64,000 nt of DNA from a virus, in the IMG/VR virus record IMGVR_UViG_3300036770_008166, positions 51,247 through 115,246 of that record. One strand, written 5' to 3'. A program made the position numbers and the translations under genes. Below, piece after piece: positions 1 through 9,867 of the stretch. The notes below the pieces were generated by a model that was not told the DNA's origin, searched no databases, and was given only the letters and a program-made list of their open reading frames with translations. Position 1 is the first letter of the stretch. Each line of letters starts with the position of its first letter.

Positions 1-86
1 ATCCACGCTATAACGAACGTAGCAAAACTGCCCGTGAACCGCCAGGTCAAGGCCTTCGCTATGCTACGACCACGTGTGTCATTCAA
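1..86 (-). CDS. Partial (runs off window) small membrane protein, DUF2061-like
   Basis: Manual translation from TTG at 86: MNDTRGRSIAKALTWRFTGSFATFVIAW..., resembling the RSxxKxxxWR + hydrophobic helix pattern of DUF2061. Overlaps the stop of the upstream gene. Not in the ORF track. Confidence 0.6.
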   Translation of the reverse strand, partial: MNDTRGRSIAKALTWRFTGSFATFVIAW

Positions 87-912
87 GTCCCATCTCTTTT
101 CTTATCTTCGTGGCGGAAATAGCGTGTGTAGCATCGTCAAATCTTTCTTGCTCTATCCGGTAACCCACGTCTCTACCGTAAGTTATATTGACGATGTTGG
201 GCACTACCTGGATCTCATATTGTCCTTGATAGAGAGGGTCCAGGTCTCGCCTGATAGCGTCTTTTACTGTAGACCACGAAAAAGGATTTGACTGATTCCA
301 GCCCTGGCAATCACGGATCATGATACAGACTTGTCCGGTTTTCGCTATGGCTCGCTCAAACAATGCCCTGTGGCCGGCATGCCAAGGTTGCCAGCGACCC
401 AACATCTGTACAGTTTCTTTCTTCCAGTCAAACACCGGCCTGCGGCGCCGTTCCAGGATATGCTCGCCCACGAATTCTGCCCACTTCTCGGCACGCTGTT
501 CCGTGATGCGGAAGTCATACACTTCAGGTGGCACAAACATTCGGTTTGTGTCCACAAATCTGCCAGCATCAATGGTATCCATCCATATAGTCCAATCGGC
601 TTTGAAATTGTGACGCATCTCGGCCAAGGGTGCCACGAAGTCCACTACAACAAAATCGGCCCAACTTTTGCCTGCCAATTCACGCATGCGATGGCTCTGA
701 CGTATGCGACCGTCTTGGCTGAAATCCCAGTCATTGAATCTTTGCCGGACCTCGTCGGCATTGAACCGTTCCACTGTTGCTCGACTGTCAAATAGACTTT
801 CAGACTCGGAATGGTAAAAATCACTGTGAGCCTCGAGATATTGTTTGAGGTGGTCCGCAAAATAGGTTTTACCTGATCCTGGCAGACCCATTACTAGTAT
901 TTTTTGTGTCAT
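79..912 (-). CDS. Adenylylsulfate (APS) kinase-like P-loop domain fused to an HxGH nucleotidyltransferase domain
   Basis: N-terminal GLPGSGKT Walker A and CysC-like FNADEVR...DFSQDGRIRQ. C-terminal GRWQPWHAGH and ISATKIR, typical of cytidylyltransferase/NMNAT-like folds. Confidence 0.8.
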   Translation of the reverse strand: MTQKILVMGLPGSGKTYFADHLKQYLEAHSDFYHSESESLFDSRATVERFNADEVRQRFNDWDFSQDGRIRQSHRMRELAGKSWADFVVVDFVAPLAEMRHNFKADWTIWMDTIDAGRFVDTNRMFVPPEVYDFRITEQRAEKWAEFVGEHILERRRRPVFDWKKETVQMLGRWQPWHAGHRALFERAIAKTGQVCIMIRDCQGWNQSNPFSWSTVKDAIRRDLDPLYQGQYEIQVVPNIVNITYGRDVGYRIEQERFDDATHAISATKIRKEMGLE

Positions 913-2393
913 GAAAATACCTTTACGTTATAAAGTTGTTGAAATTTGTCAGCATCCTCGCGATCATTGACCATGGGTTCGCCACGGATGTTGAGGCTGG
1001 TGTTCAGCAGCATGGGACAACCAGTGAGCGCATACCAAGCTTCCAGCAGCCTTCGTATGCCAGATCCATCCTGCGGCACAGTCTGCACACGCGCTGTACC
1101 ATCCGCATGCGTAATTGCTGGGAATGATCGCGCGTCTCGTACCCGGGCCACGGTCTGCATGTATCTGCTGGTGGTAAAACCGCGTGGCATGTCAAAATAG
1201 TCCGTGACATGCTCTTCCAGGATGGCAGGAGCGAAAGGTCGGAACTTTTGCCTGCGTTTGATCTCGTTCACTCGATCTTTGATTTCCGGTCCTCTGGGGT
1301 CTGCGAGCAGACTGCGATTGCCCAATGCGCGCGGACCAAACTCAGCACGGCCGCTAGCCACACCAGCAATAGCATGGGCACAGAGATGATCAACAACAGC
1401 ACGCACAGGATAAGGCCCAGGGATATCATGGCCAAGATAAGCATGGCGCCACCTAAGTCTTCCGCCATGAGAAAGAGCCGCTGCGCCCAAGCTTGACCCT
1501 GCGTCTCCGGGGTTGGGCATGATCCAGATGTTTTCATAGATATCTCCTATTCTTGCGTTGGCCACACAGTTCAGGGCCACTCCGCCCATGTATACCAGAT
1601 TATCACTGCTCACAAGGCTGCGGGCCCGTATCATGACATTGCGTATCATCTGTTCCGTGAGATGTTGTGCAGCCGCGGCCAAATCTTCGGGCTTGTAGAA
1701 ATCAAGTTCGTACTCGTCAAATCCTATGTGCAGATTGCGTCGCATGGTCAGATCGATCATGCTTTCCACGCATTGATCTCGCAGCCAGGCAGTGCCGAGA
1801 CCATTGCCATAGGCTGCCATGCCCATGGTGATGTATTCTTCTTCCATGGGTTTAAGTCCCACAGCCCGGGTTATGGCGCTGTAAAACAATCCAATGCTGT
1901 GCGGATAACCTTGGCGCCACACGCGCCGATAATGTGCGCGACCACGCTCATCATACCAGGCTCGAAATATACTGATGGTGTCCATCTCTCCGATGGCATC
2001 TATGACCACTACCGCAGCATCTCGGAACGGCGAAGTTTGGAATCCTGCAGCGGCATGGCTGAGATGATGCGGCCACGAGCGTTCACGATTGGCCGCACGC
2101 TGATACCAGGCACCTAGATGCCGTCTGATGGCTTGACCGGTGGTCCAAGGACCATACTGTCTCTGGCCGCTGCGCCATTGTTGCCAGTTGTGCAACCATG
2201 GACGTTCATAGAATGCCACATCGTTTATGTCAAAATCGCAGCATTCACGCAAAAGGTCTGGATGTATGTTTGGATCATTCTTGATCTTGCTGTATCTCTC
2301 TGAATGGCCGGCAAATAGGATATCCCCTCGATCACTCAGCACAGTCACGGCAGCATCATGAAATCCTGCGCTGATGCCTAGTATGGTTTTCAT
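909..2393 (-). CDS. Carbamoyltransferase, NodU/CmcH/TobZ family
   Basis: HDAA, HHLSHAA, DAIGE, GGVALNC, PGDAGSSLGAA, EFGPRALGNRSLLA, FRPFAP and LNTSLN motifs. Confidence 0.95.
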   Translation of the reverse strand: MKTILGISAGFHDAAVTVLSDRGDILFAGHSERYSKIKNDPNIHPDLLRECCDFDINDVAFYERPWLHNWQQWRSGQRQYGPWTTGQAIRRHLGAWYQRAANRERSWPHHLSHAAAGFQTSPFRDAAVVVIDAIGEMDTISIFRAWYDERGRAHYRRVWRQGYPHSIGLFYSAITRAVGLKPMEEEYITMGMAAYGNGLGTAWLRDQCVESMIDLTMRRNLHIGFDEYELDFYKPEDLAAAAQHLTEQMIRNVMIRARSLVSSDNLVYMGGVALNCVANARIGDIYENIWIMPNPGDAGSSLGAAALSHGGRLRWRHAYLGHDIPGPYPVRAVVDHLCAHAIAGVASGRAEFGPRALGNRSLLADPRGPEIKDRVNEIKRRQKFRPFAPAILEEHVTDYFDMPRGFTTSRYMQTVARVRDARSFPAITHADGTARVQTVPQDGSGIRRLLEAWYALTGCPMLLNTSLNIRGEPMVNDREDADKFQQLYNVKVFS

Positions 2394-2531
2394 GTTGCAA
2401 TCTTTTCATGATATGCTGTCTTTCTTGATCGCTATAACTGGTCCACGATGCGATTTCTTGCAAGGTCTTTCCTCCACATCCGAGGCAACGATTGTTGGCA
2501 TTTGAAAGAGCTTGATACACGACGTGATCAT
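2356..2531 (-). pseudogene. Frame-disrupted DUF1289-like small Cys (Fe-S/Zn) protein
   Basis: ATG at 2531 reads MITSCIKL..., while the adjacent frame reads ...NANNRCLGCGGKTLQEIASWTSYSDQERQHIMKRL. Together they match the DUF1289 pattern (PCxxxC...CxGCxRTxxEIxxW...E), split across two frames. Confidence 0.55.
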
Positions 2532-2629
2532 TTATAGATGAATGGATCTCGTTTGCGCAATTCCTTCAGTTTTTTGCGATACCGTATTTCAAGACGTATA
2601 CGATCTATGATTTTTTTGATCCAATTCAT
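2528..2629 (-). CDS. 33-aa basic peptide MNWIKKIIDRIRLEIRYRKKLKELRKRDPFIYK
   Basis: ATGA overlap with the upstream stop (2626-2629), AGGAG SD upstream, and ATGA overlap at its own stop. Below the ORF-track length cut-off. Confidence 0.75.
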   Translation of the reverse strand: MNWIKKIIDRIRLEIRYRKKLKELRKRDPFIYK

Positions 2630-3759
2630 TTCTGTCTCCTCAGGGCCATTTCCTGTATTTGCCGATGCTGATAATCTCGATCACTCCAGTGATACGGATA
2701 CTCGTTTGACGCATCATTGGTACGGATAGCCAACACGTCTGTGTAGTTAGTCAACATTTGCACTATGGTTGCATGATCCTGGGTACCAAATGACGCTACA
2801 AGATCCACCTGGCCGATCTTGGGATGACCAATGGTGAGTTCTGGATCACCTGGATCAAAACCATTGTGACTCAGCCAAGATCTAAAGTTTTGCAGCTGGG
2901 TTTGGCGCCACTCAAATTTTTGTGGATTCCGGCCCCATTCGATATCAAAGTCACCCGCGGCTTCGGTCTGTCCACGCATGGTGGTACTGACCAATTCAGC
3001 AACGTTCCGTCCCTCATCACAGAAGACTTCCCAATGGTGTTTTCCAACAGCTTTGTTGACGCCAACATATACTGCTCCAGTATCGCGATTTAGGGTGCCA
3101 ATACCGAACAGTTCAAAATCCTGTGAGTCAAGCGCAAATCTGGGTGCTTCTAGCCAACACATCAGTTGGCTAGGGCATAACCAATCTGGAGCTTCGCGCT
3201 GTTTTCGATAGCTCAGTGCCCAGGATTCAAATTCGTGACACAACAAATTCAACTGTCTGATATGCCATCTGGTGTCATCGTTGGCACGTAGATAAAATTT
3301 GCTGGGATTGCCACTGATACCTTGTAGATCTTCGAAATATCGATGCAACCAGTTAAGACGATCTTGTATGACGTTTCTACCGCAGGCACGTCCGTACCTG
3401 GGATCATCACTTATGGTGTTGGCCAGTAAAAATTCATCATCAATGCGATACCCTATGTCAGCTTGGTTGATGGCCTGGATGCTCTGATTGATCCGGTCAC
3501 AGATGAACGCACCATTTCTATCACTGTCTGGGAACCCCATGAAGCAAAAATTTTTTTCAAGATGGAAATTATCTCGCAACAAATGATTCAAAGCCTGCAA
3601 CCATTTGCCGGCCAGAGAATTATCTGCAACATCTATGAAAATCGACAGTGGCACCGACTGCCTATTACGCAGCACCATTTCGATTCTATCTAATGTTTTG
3701 CCACCATCCATATATGTCCTGATCTTGTTGTAAAATATCTTGCATGGTATATCGGTCAT
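2626..3759 (-). CDS. Hypothetical protein in the radical-SAM cluster (start may be 3711)
   Basis: 377-aa ORF coupled to its neighbours. Two related helical motifs, LNWLHRYFE and LNLLCHEFE. Confidence 0.75.
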   Translation of the reverse strand: MTDIPCKIFYNKIRTYMDGGKTLDRIEMVLRNRQSVPLSIFIDVADNSLAGKWLQALNHLLRDNFHLEKNFCFMGFPDSDRNGAFICDRINQSIQAINQADIGYRIDDEFLLANTISDDPRYGRACGRNVIQDRLNWLHRYFEDLQGISGNPSKFYLRANDDTRWHIRQLNLLCHEFESWALSYRKQREAPDWLCPSQLMCWLEAPRFALDSQDFELFGIGTLNRDTGAVYVGVNKAVGKHHWEVFCDEGRNVAELVSTTMRGQTEAAGDFDIEWGRNPQKFEWRQTQLQNFRSWLSHNGFDPGDPELTIGHPKIGQVDLVASFGTQDHATIVQMLTNYTDVLAIRTNDASNEYPYHWSDRDYQHRQIQEMALRRQK

Positions 3760-5017
3760 CGCGGATCGACTCTAGCCGCAAAATCCGGGCTTTGCCTCGA
3801 CGCAATGCCTGCTCATAATCATGGGGCCATTGTTCTGCGAAGGTAGGTCGTGTTTTCAATTGCTGTAGGGTATCACGCAGGGCACCCGTGACATAGGCCG
3901 ACAACGAATCTACTTTTTGATCCAGCACGGTCCTGGGCAAGGCCAACGGACTCAAGATGATGTCGGGTGAAAAACTGAATATGACCTTGCTTAACACATC
4001 AACACCAAACCGCTGAGCCAGTGCCTGTACGTTCCTGACTTCGAACAGACCTGGCAAAGTCAGGGTAAAATCGATCCTCATCTGCCGGGGGGATTTTTGT
4101 TGGTCCACGCCTCGTTGGAAATTCTCACACCAGTGCGCAAAATCAAGCCCTGTGCGTATATATTCACCTGTTGCTCCGGTTCCGTCGAGGCTGGCACAGA
4201 TCTGCCAGTCCCGTAAATGCGAGAGAATATCCTGGTAAAGATCCAGGCCGCGATAGCGCACACGGCTAAGATTAGTGTTGTAACGAGCATAAACATTGGC
4301 ACCATCCCCCAGTTCTATTATGCGGCGCATGTACCGCCAGTGCTGTTCATACATCAAGGGTTCGCCGCCTACCCAGTACACTTCTTCCACACGATGCTGT
4401 TCTACTGCTTCAGCAAATTCTTGTTCGACCTGTGTGTCTTGGAATTTGCTGATTTGGTCTCGCACTTCGGGCATCATCCAGGCATTCTTAGGATTGCTCC
4501 AGTCGATCATGTCATGCTGACGTTGTTCACTCTCCCAAGCGCTGCTCAACATGTCCCCGCACATGCGACATTTGAAATTACAAAGATTTGAGAAACGATA
4601 GTCCCAACTCACTGGCAACATGGTTGTATAACCATCTGGTTCGGTAGCTGCCATGGCATCATGATATTTGTGGTCGAACAGACGATTAAAATACGTGCGA
4701 TATACATCGGTATTGAGCAGTTTGTTGTTGCACACATCGCATTCGGGCAATGTTTCACCTGCCATCATGCGACGACGCACACTGCGCATATGATCGCTGT
4801 TCCAATGTTGCACGAGAGTCATGGGGTGATATCGACCCGTGCCAGATTCAGTATCAATGTATTGACGGAAATTCTGCGCTGGCTCACGACTGGCACAGCA
4901 CATTCTACGCTCGGTCTGGGGGCTGAGATAGGTATGTGTCCAGGGTGCCATGCACAGAGTTTCGGGTCTACTGGCTGTCAAAGTCGTATCCGTATATCTT
5001 GGCCAGCTCGGGCTCAA
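3686..5017 (-). CDS. Radical SAM protein with N-terminal twitch/SPASM-like Cys domain
   Basis: CNFKCRMC, GGEP, YNTN, SLDG; N-terminal CMAPW...MCC...CDVC. Confidence 0.9.
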   Translation of the reverse strand: MSPSWPRYTDTTLTASRPETLCMAPWTHTYLSPQTERRMCCASREPAQNFRQYIDTESGTGRYHPMTLVQHWNSDHMRSVRRRMMAGETLPECDVCNNKLLNTDVYRTYFNRLFDHKYHDAMAATEPDGYTTMLPVSWDYRFSNLCNFKCRMCGDMLSSAWESEQRQHDMIDWSNPKNAWMMPEVRDQISKFQDTQVEQEFAEAVEQHRVEEVYWVGGEPLMYEQHWRYMRRIIELGDGANVYARYNTNLSRVRYRGLDLYQDILSHLRDWQICASLDGTGATGEYIRTGLDFAHWCENFQRGVDQQKSPRQMRIDFTLTLPGLFEVRNVQALAQRFGVDVLSKVIFSFSPDIILSPLALPRTVLDQKVDSLSAYVTGALRDTLQQLKTRPTFAEQWPHDYEQALRRGKARILRLESIRDDRYTMQDILQQDQDIYGWWQNIR

Positions 5018-6188
5018 CTAGGGCCATGTTCTGATTCCGTTTGCGATCTAGATCGCGTATCTTCATGCGCAGCATGAAGCCATCGGTACTGGCACCGGCC
5101 TGCATGAAGTCTATCACACGATCAAATTCTGCTTTGAACTGTTCCGGTACAGCAGACGATCTAATTTTGTGTTCGATAAGTTTTTTAGCATGATCAGGTA
5201 ATGTAGCGATACTGAAATACCATGCATCATGCATCATGTTCCAGTGAACGAAATCAAACTGTTGCTGCTGTGCCCATTCGGCAAACTCCGGCAAATAAAA
5301 AACATTGAACACATTGATGGTGCAGCACGCCTGCAATGTAATGTTGTTTGATCGGGCCTTGAGTTCCTGAAACCGGTGTATGTTGTCGAGCACCACGGAC
5401 CACTCAGCATTGGTGCGTTGATATTCAAATCGCTTGCCGAGATCGTCAAGGCTGAATGCTATTTCTACCAGGCGGAAATGCGGCCAGATCTCTAGAGCTT
5501 GCTGGGGGAAATGTGTGCCATTGGTGTTGTAATGTATCTCGATGTTGCCGGCAACACCTTGGTCCACCAGGCTTTTCAACATGTCGAAATGTTCGGATAT
5601 CATGAAAGGCTCGCCACCGGTAAATTCGATGTATTTTATGTCCTTGGATATTCGTGCAATCTCGGGCCAAAAATCTGAATTCTCGCGCGGCCAGGCCCCG
5701 GCTCTGAGCATCTGATAAGCGAAGGATTTTTTCCTATCGGCATCTGGCGGCATATCATTGATTTCTTCTGCGGCAATCTGGCTGCTGCTCCATGAACCAC
5801 AGATGCGGCATTTGAGATTGCAGATATTGCCCAGTTTAAGATCAAGAAACATCAAGGGCTTGGCCTCGGTGCTCCACTCTTGATCAGTGATCATGTGCTT
5901 GAGTCTGTCCAGAGTGTGCATGCGCTTGCTGGTACGACCCGAGCGTTCTTCGTTCCAGCATTTTCGACAGGTCTGGGGGCGTTGGCCGGCCAAGAACTGC
6001 GATCTAAGATTTTGCATGTAGGCACTGTTGCGGATACGATCAAATTGAGTATTCTGCAGTTGGAACTTGTTGCCATCTTCGTCGGTGATTTCGTCATCGG
6101 TCAAACAGCAAGGCCTCACTGTGCCGATGGGGCTGGCCTCTAGGCTGACCCAGGGCAGAACACAGAATTTATCGTTGGGCAGTTTCAT
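4968..6188 (-). CDS. Radical SAM protein with N-terminal twitch/SPASM-like Cys domain
   Basis: CNLKCRIC, GGEPF, YNTNG, SLDD; N-terminal CVLPW...PCC...CRKC. Confidence 0.92.
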   Translation of the reverse strand: MKLPNDKFCVLPWVSLEASPIGTVRPCCLTDDEITDEDGNKFQLQNTQFDRIRNSAYMQNLRSQFLAGQRPQTCRKCWNEERSGRTSKRMHTLDRLKHMITDQEWSTEAKPLMFLDLKLGNICNLKCRICGSWSSSQIAAEEINDMPPDADRKKSFAYQMLRAGAWPRENSDFWPEIARISKDIKYIEFTGGEPFMISEHFDMLKSLVDQGVAGNIEIHYNTNGTHFPQQALEIWPHFRLVEIAFSLDDLGKRFEYQRTNAEWSVVLDNIHRFQELKARSNNITLQACCTINVFNVFYLPEFAEWAQQQQFDFVHWNMMHDAWYFSIATLPDHAKKLIEHKIRSSAVPEQFKAEFDRVIDFMQAGASTDGFMLRMKIRDLDRKRNQNMALVEPELAKIYGYDFDSQ

Positions 6189-7444
6189 AACAAGGCCTCT
6201 AGCTCCGGTACAGCATCACGCCAGTTTTCACGGCGTAGATTATCTAATTGATTGGTCTTTTTCCAAAATGTTTCCAGCAACCTGGTGTTATCTGTGGCCA
6301 TGAGAAAATTGATCGAGGATTCGAACCCCACAGTGGCACGAGTAAGTCGGTCCTGAGGTCTCAGCCATTCCAGATGCTCTTCAAATTTGACACGTAATCT
6401 CTGTTTGTATTTCATGGGTGCGATATCTATGCGATAATGCACCGGATCTTGCAAAAGATTCACATTGAGATCTTGTGCCCGTATCAATCCACGTTCTGTC
6501 CAAGCTCGATGAAAGTCCGGCAGGTGCCAAGCATTCATGATTGACAGCGTAGGAGAGATATAAAAATCTACGTTGGGGCACATATCCAGCATCCTGCGAC
6601 GATTATCCTCTACCACTACCCAGTCCGTACCCTTGCGGATGTATTCGGCTCTTGGTCCCATGGCGTCCAGACTGGCTCCAACTGCCACGCTGTGGAATTT
6701 CCGCCAGTAATCAAACACCGAACGCTCTTTGAGTTTCGTCTGTGTGAAGTTGGTATTGTAGATCAAGCGTACATCAAATCGTTCTCTGCGTTCCAGTTCT
6801 TCCAGGATGCGATAGTGCTCGTCCATCATGAGAGGTTCGCCGCCAGCGAAATAGATCTGTTCCACATAGTCAATGTGGGGCAACAACTGTTCCCACATGT
6901 CGGTCTCTGTCTGTCCGGCATAGTTCAAGGGAACATTGTTGCCGCGCCATTCTGGTCCGGCCAATCGTGCTTGATCCTGATACCACGAACTGGAAAAAAT
7001 ATGACCACAACTGCGACAACGTAGATTGCAGAGATTACTGAAGCGTATGTCCCAATAGGTCATCTCGAACGGAGTGGTAGACAATTTCTTGATGTGATGT
7101 CCATGATGCTTGTTGGCACTGCGTCGTCCGCTGAAGAAACCCGACTGCTCTTGTTCGTAGCATCTGGTGCAGGCAGCATTAGGCGTTTCTGATAGCATGT
7201 CCTGCCGCAACTTTTTCATGGCGTCGCCATGCCATATCTCCTCCAATGTGTTTTCTTTGCAGTGTCCTACTGGGTATGCCATTTCGGCGTGGCAACAAGG
7301 ATAGGCTTCCCCAGTGGGATAGGCATGAAGGTGTATCCAGGGATAGATACAGAATGTTTTGGATTTTTTTAGCAGGAACTCTTCGCGTTCGGTGAGTTCT
7401 ATGGGTTTCACTAAATCACTGCTGTTGTAATTATAAGCTATCAT
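6185..7444 (-). CDS. Radical SAM protein with N-terminal twitch/SPASM-like Cys domain
   Basis: CNLRCRSC, GGEPL, YNTN, SLDA; N-terminal CIYPW...PCC...CTRC. Confidence 0.92.
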   Translation of the reverse strand: MIAYNYNSSDLVKPIELTEREEFLLKKSKTFCIYPWIHLHAYPTGEAYPCCHAEMAYPVGHCKENTLEEIWHGDAMKKLRQDMLSETPNAACTRCYEQEQSGFFSGRRSANKHHGHHIKKLSTTPFEMTYWDIRFSNLCNLRCRSCGHIFSSSWYQDQARLAGPEWRGNNVPLNYAGQTETDMWEQLLPHIDYVEQIYFAGGEPLMMDEHYRILEELERRERFDVRLIYNTNFTQTKLKERSVFDYWRKFHSVAVGASLDAMGPRAEYIRKGTDWVVVEDNRRRMLDMCPNVDFYISPTLSIMNAWHLPDFHRAWTERGLIRAQDLNVNLLQDPVHYRIDIAPMKYKQRLRVKFEEHLEWLRPQDRLTRATVGFESSINFLMATDNTRLLETFWKKTNQLDNLRRENWRDAVPELEALL

Positions 7445-8771
7445 ACCATTCTTTCAGTCGGGGAAACGTAGACGTGAAATCTTTGTCTCTGCGATTGTCA
7501 TACTGCTGATAGAACTCCCTGAAATCATTATGCAGTTTCGGCATTTCAAACGCGTCCGAATGTGGAGTTTTCACAGTGTCAAGATAGTCTATCAAACGTT
7601 GCACATGATTGATCTCGTGCTCCTGTAATACAGGATCATCGCGATTGAGCTCCAGCCAGGTTATGAGATTGATACGATGACGATCTCGTATCTCTCTTGG
7701 CAGCACCAACGGGCTCTGGAAGCTGGGAAAACGCAGGATGTTCAAGGTAAAGTTCACCCGATTCCGGCCGTAGATTTTTTTCAACAGCAACAGGTGGTCG
7801 AGATATTCGGGGAGGCTTTCCAAACACAGCGCATTGATGGTACACATGCTGTGTACTGCCCGCACAGGTGAATCCTCTGCCATGAGGATGTTCTGCACAT
7901 TGTGATTCCAGGTCTGCCAATCCAGACCATCTCGGATGTATTCGGCCTGATCACCTACAGCTTCATTAGAGGTGTAGATATCTAGTTCGATTCCCTGGCA
8001 GCTGTCCAGGAGCCTCTGCACTGTGCTCCAATCCAGGCTGAGATTACTATTGATAGCAAGACGCGTCTTGCTTCGGCCAGGATTCGCGCGGAACCAGTCC
8101 AGGAGCTGCCAGGTGTAGCCAGACATGAGAGGTTCCCCACCGGTGATACGCAGTTCCTCCAGCGTGCGATGAAGATCGGTTTCCCACCACGCAAAGAAAG
8201 CATCCACGTACGGATTAGGTTCTCCAAAACGAAAAAGTTGAGCACTATCATGACTGTGAGTGAAATGGTTTCGGCCATCAGAAATGAGATTCTGGTAGGG
8301 TCCACGGTTCCTGATGTCCTTAACCCATGTGCTAGAAAAAGCAGGATTACAGTAAGAGCAAGCGAGCTGGCAAGTGCGATCAAAGCTGATCTCCAGGGTC
8401 TTGAGATCGATATCCTGATCTGCTGGCGTGCCAGCAGCCTCGCGTAGGTCATGTATTTCATAGATCTTTGATTTATATATGCGATCGCTCACAGCATCGC
8501 GGCCCATGTCTTCGATCTTCCAGCAGTATTCGCAACCAGCAGGTCTACGCCCGGCCTGCATGTCCGCTCGATCCTGTTTCTTTTGTGGTGTATTGTGCAG
8601 CAGTCGAGGATTGGTTTTCACTGCTTCGAGGTCCACCTGGTGTGCCGGTGGATGATGGCAGCTGGTGGTCTGACCAGAACCCAGCCAGATAGTGGCATTG
8701 TACCATTTGGCTGCGCAGAAACTGGCGGAGATAGGATCCAGCACCTGCTGGCGGAATTCAATGTCTTGCAT
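7431..8771 (-). CDS. Radical SAM protein with N-terminal twitch-like Cys/His domain
   Basis: CQLACSYC, GGEPL; N-terminal CAAKW...SCHHP...CEYC. Confidence 0.9.
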   Translation of the reverse strand: MQDIEFRQQVLDPISASFCAAKWYNATIWLGSGQTTSCHHPPAHQVDLEAVKTNPRLLHNTPQKKQDRADMQAGRRPAGCEYCWKIEDMGRDAVSDRIYKSKIYEIHDLREAAGTPADQDIDLKTLEISFDRTCQLACSYCNPAFSSTWVKDIRNRGPYQNLISDGRNHFTHSHDSAQLFRFGEPNPYVDAFFAWWETDLHRTLEELRITGGEPLMSGYTWQLLDWFRANPGRSKTRLAINSNLSLDWSTVQRLLDSCQGIELDIYTSNEAVGDQAEYIRDGLDWQTWNHNVQNILMAEDSPVRAVHSMCTINALCLESLPEYLDHLLLLKKIYGRNRVNFTLNILRFPSFQSPLVLPREIRDRHRINLITWLELNRDDPVLQEHEINHVQRLIDYLDTVKTPHSDAFEMPKLHNDFREFYQQYDNRRDKDFTSTFPRLKEWYDSL

Positions 8772-9867
8772 CTAGGAAATCAATGATTGTTTGGGGTAAA
8801 ATTGCGCGCTCTCTTTGATTGTGATAGCGCAAGTGCTGTTGGTTATATTTACAGGTTTCCTCAGTAGCGTCCAAAAAACTGGCAGCACCATTGGACACGA
8901 TGTCTTTGATCACTTTCACAATGTCTTGCATACGCTGCTCTGGATCTGTGACAGAATCGAAACTTTCGTCAATCAGATGTCCAAATGTGCGAAATCCTGC
9001 ACGGTGCAGATCGCGATAATATCCGGCATTGGCCGCTACCACAAAGGGATGCGCCATAATCATGGGTTTCCAGATTTTTTCGGTGCGAAATGTGTAAGGA
9101 TAATCGTAAATGGTTTCCGTGACTACACTGAAATAGGTATCGGTATAAGCCTGCGGATTGATTATGGCATCACCCCATGTGTTATTGAACAGTTGGTGCT
9201 TGACAAATCCACCATCTAGTAGATTTGCAGTGAGATTAGGGCGAGCTCGTTCTATTTCGTATTCAGGCGGGAGCAAACGTATTGGTTCGAGTTTTGTAGT
9301 TTGCAATGTGCTGGTAAATTGCATCTCTACACGACTGCCAAGATTGGTCCACAGCGCTCGCTGCAAGAGTCCCTGATCTCGTAGCACATCGATGAGATAT
9401 TTCCTGTGTGGGCGCAAACGACCATTAAGAAACAGGAAATCATAAGGTCGGCCATGGCCGTGACGAACATCCTGTTGTGCAGCCGCGAGATTTTCTGTGT
9501 ACTCACAAATATTGCTGAAATAACAATCGGTTTTGATGTAGTCAAATTCGCATGCCATGTCTCCCGATGTTAACAGCAAGATCTGCCCCGCACGCACCAG
9601 ATTTTCTATCCTTAGTCGCTGGAGTTGCAAAAGCACAGTTTCGCTTCCTTCGGCAGGATTACAAAACACGATGCGTCCTGGATATCGCTCTGCGAGCTCA
9701 CACACTCGATACCAATTTTCTTTGATTTGTACGCGACCTAGTATGGTCACGCTATCAGCATCGAATTCCAGTTCAGAAAACCGCCAAAATTCAACATCGG
9801 CGTAGTGTTTGAGTAAATCGTAGACTTCACTCCATTGATCTAACACAATGCGATGATTACCTAGCAT
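8758..9867 (-). CDS. Putative GT-B glycosyltransferase-like protein (GT10-like TEK motif)
   Basis: FLNGRLRPHR and YFSVVTET...TEKIWKP...HPF...GFRTF...DESFD. Start placed at 9867 (MLGNH) because the track start at 9915 overlaps the upstream gene by ~60 nt. Confidence 0.65.
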   Translation of the reverse strand: MLGNHRIVLDQWSEVYDLLKHYADVEFWRFSELEFDADSVTILGRVQIKENWYRVCELAERYPGRIVFCNPAEGSETVLLQLQRLRIENLVRAGQILLLTSGDMACEFDYIKTDCYFSNICEYTENLAAAQQDVRHGHGRPYDFLFLNGRLRPHRKYLIDVLRDQGLLQRALWTNLGSRVEMQFTSTLQTTKLEPIRLLPPEYEIERARPNLTANLLDGGFVKHQLFNNTWGDAIINPQAYTDTYFSVVTETIYDYPYTFRTEKIWKPMIMAHPFVVAANAGYYRDLHRAGFRTFGHLIDESFDSVTDPEQRMQDIVKVIKDIVSNGAASFLDATEETCKYNQQHLRYHNQRERAILPQTIIDFLDARH

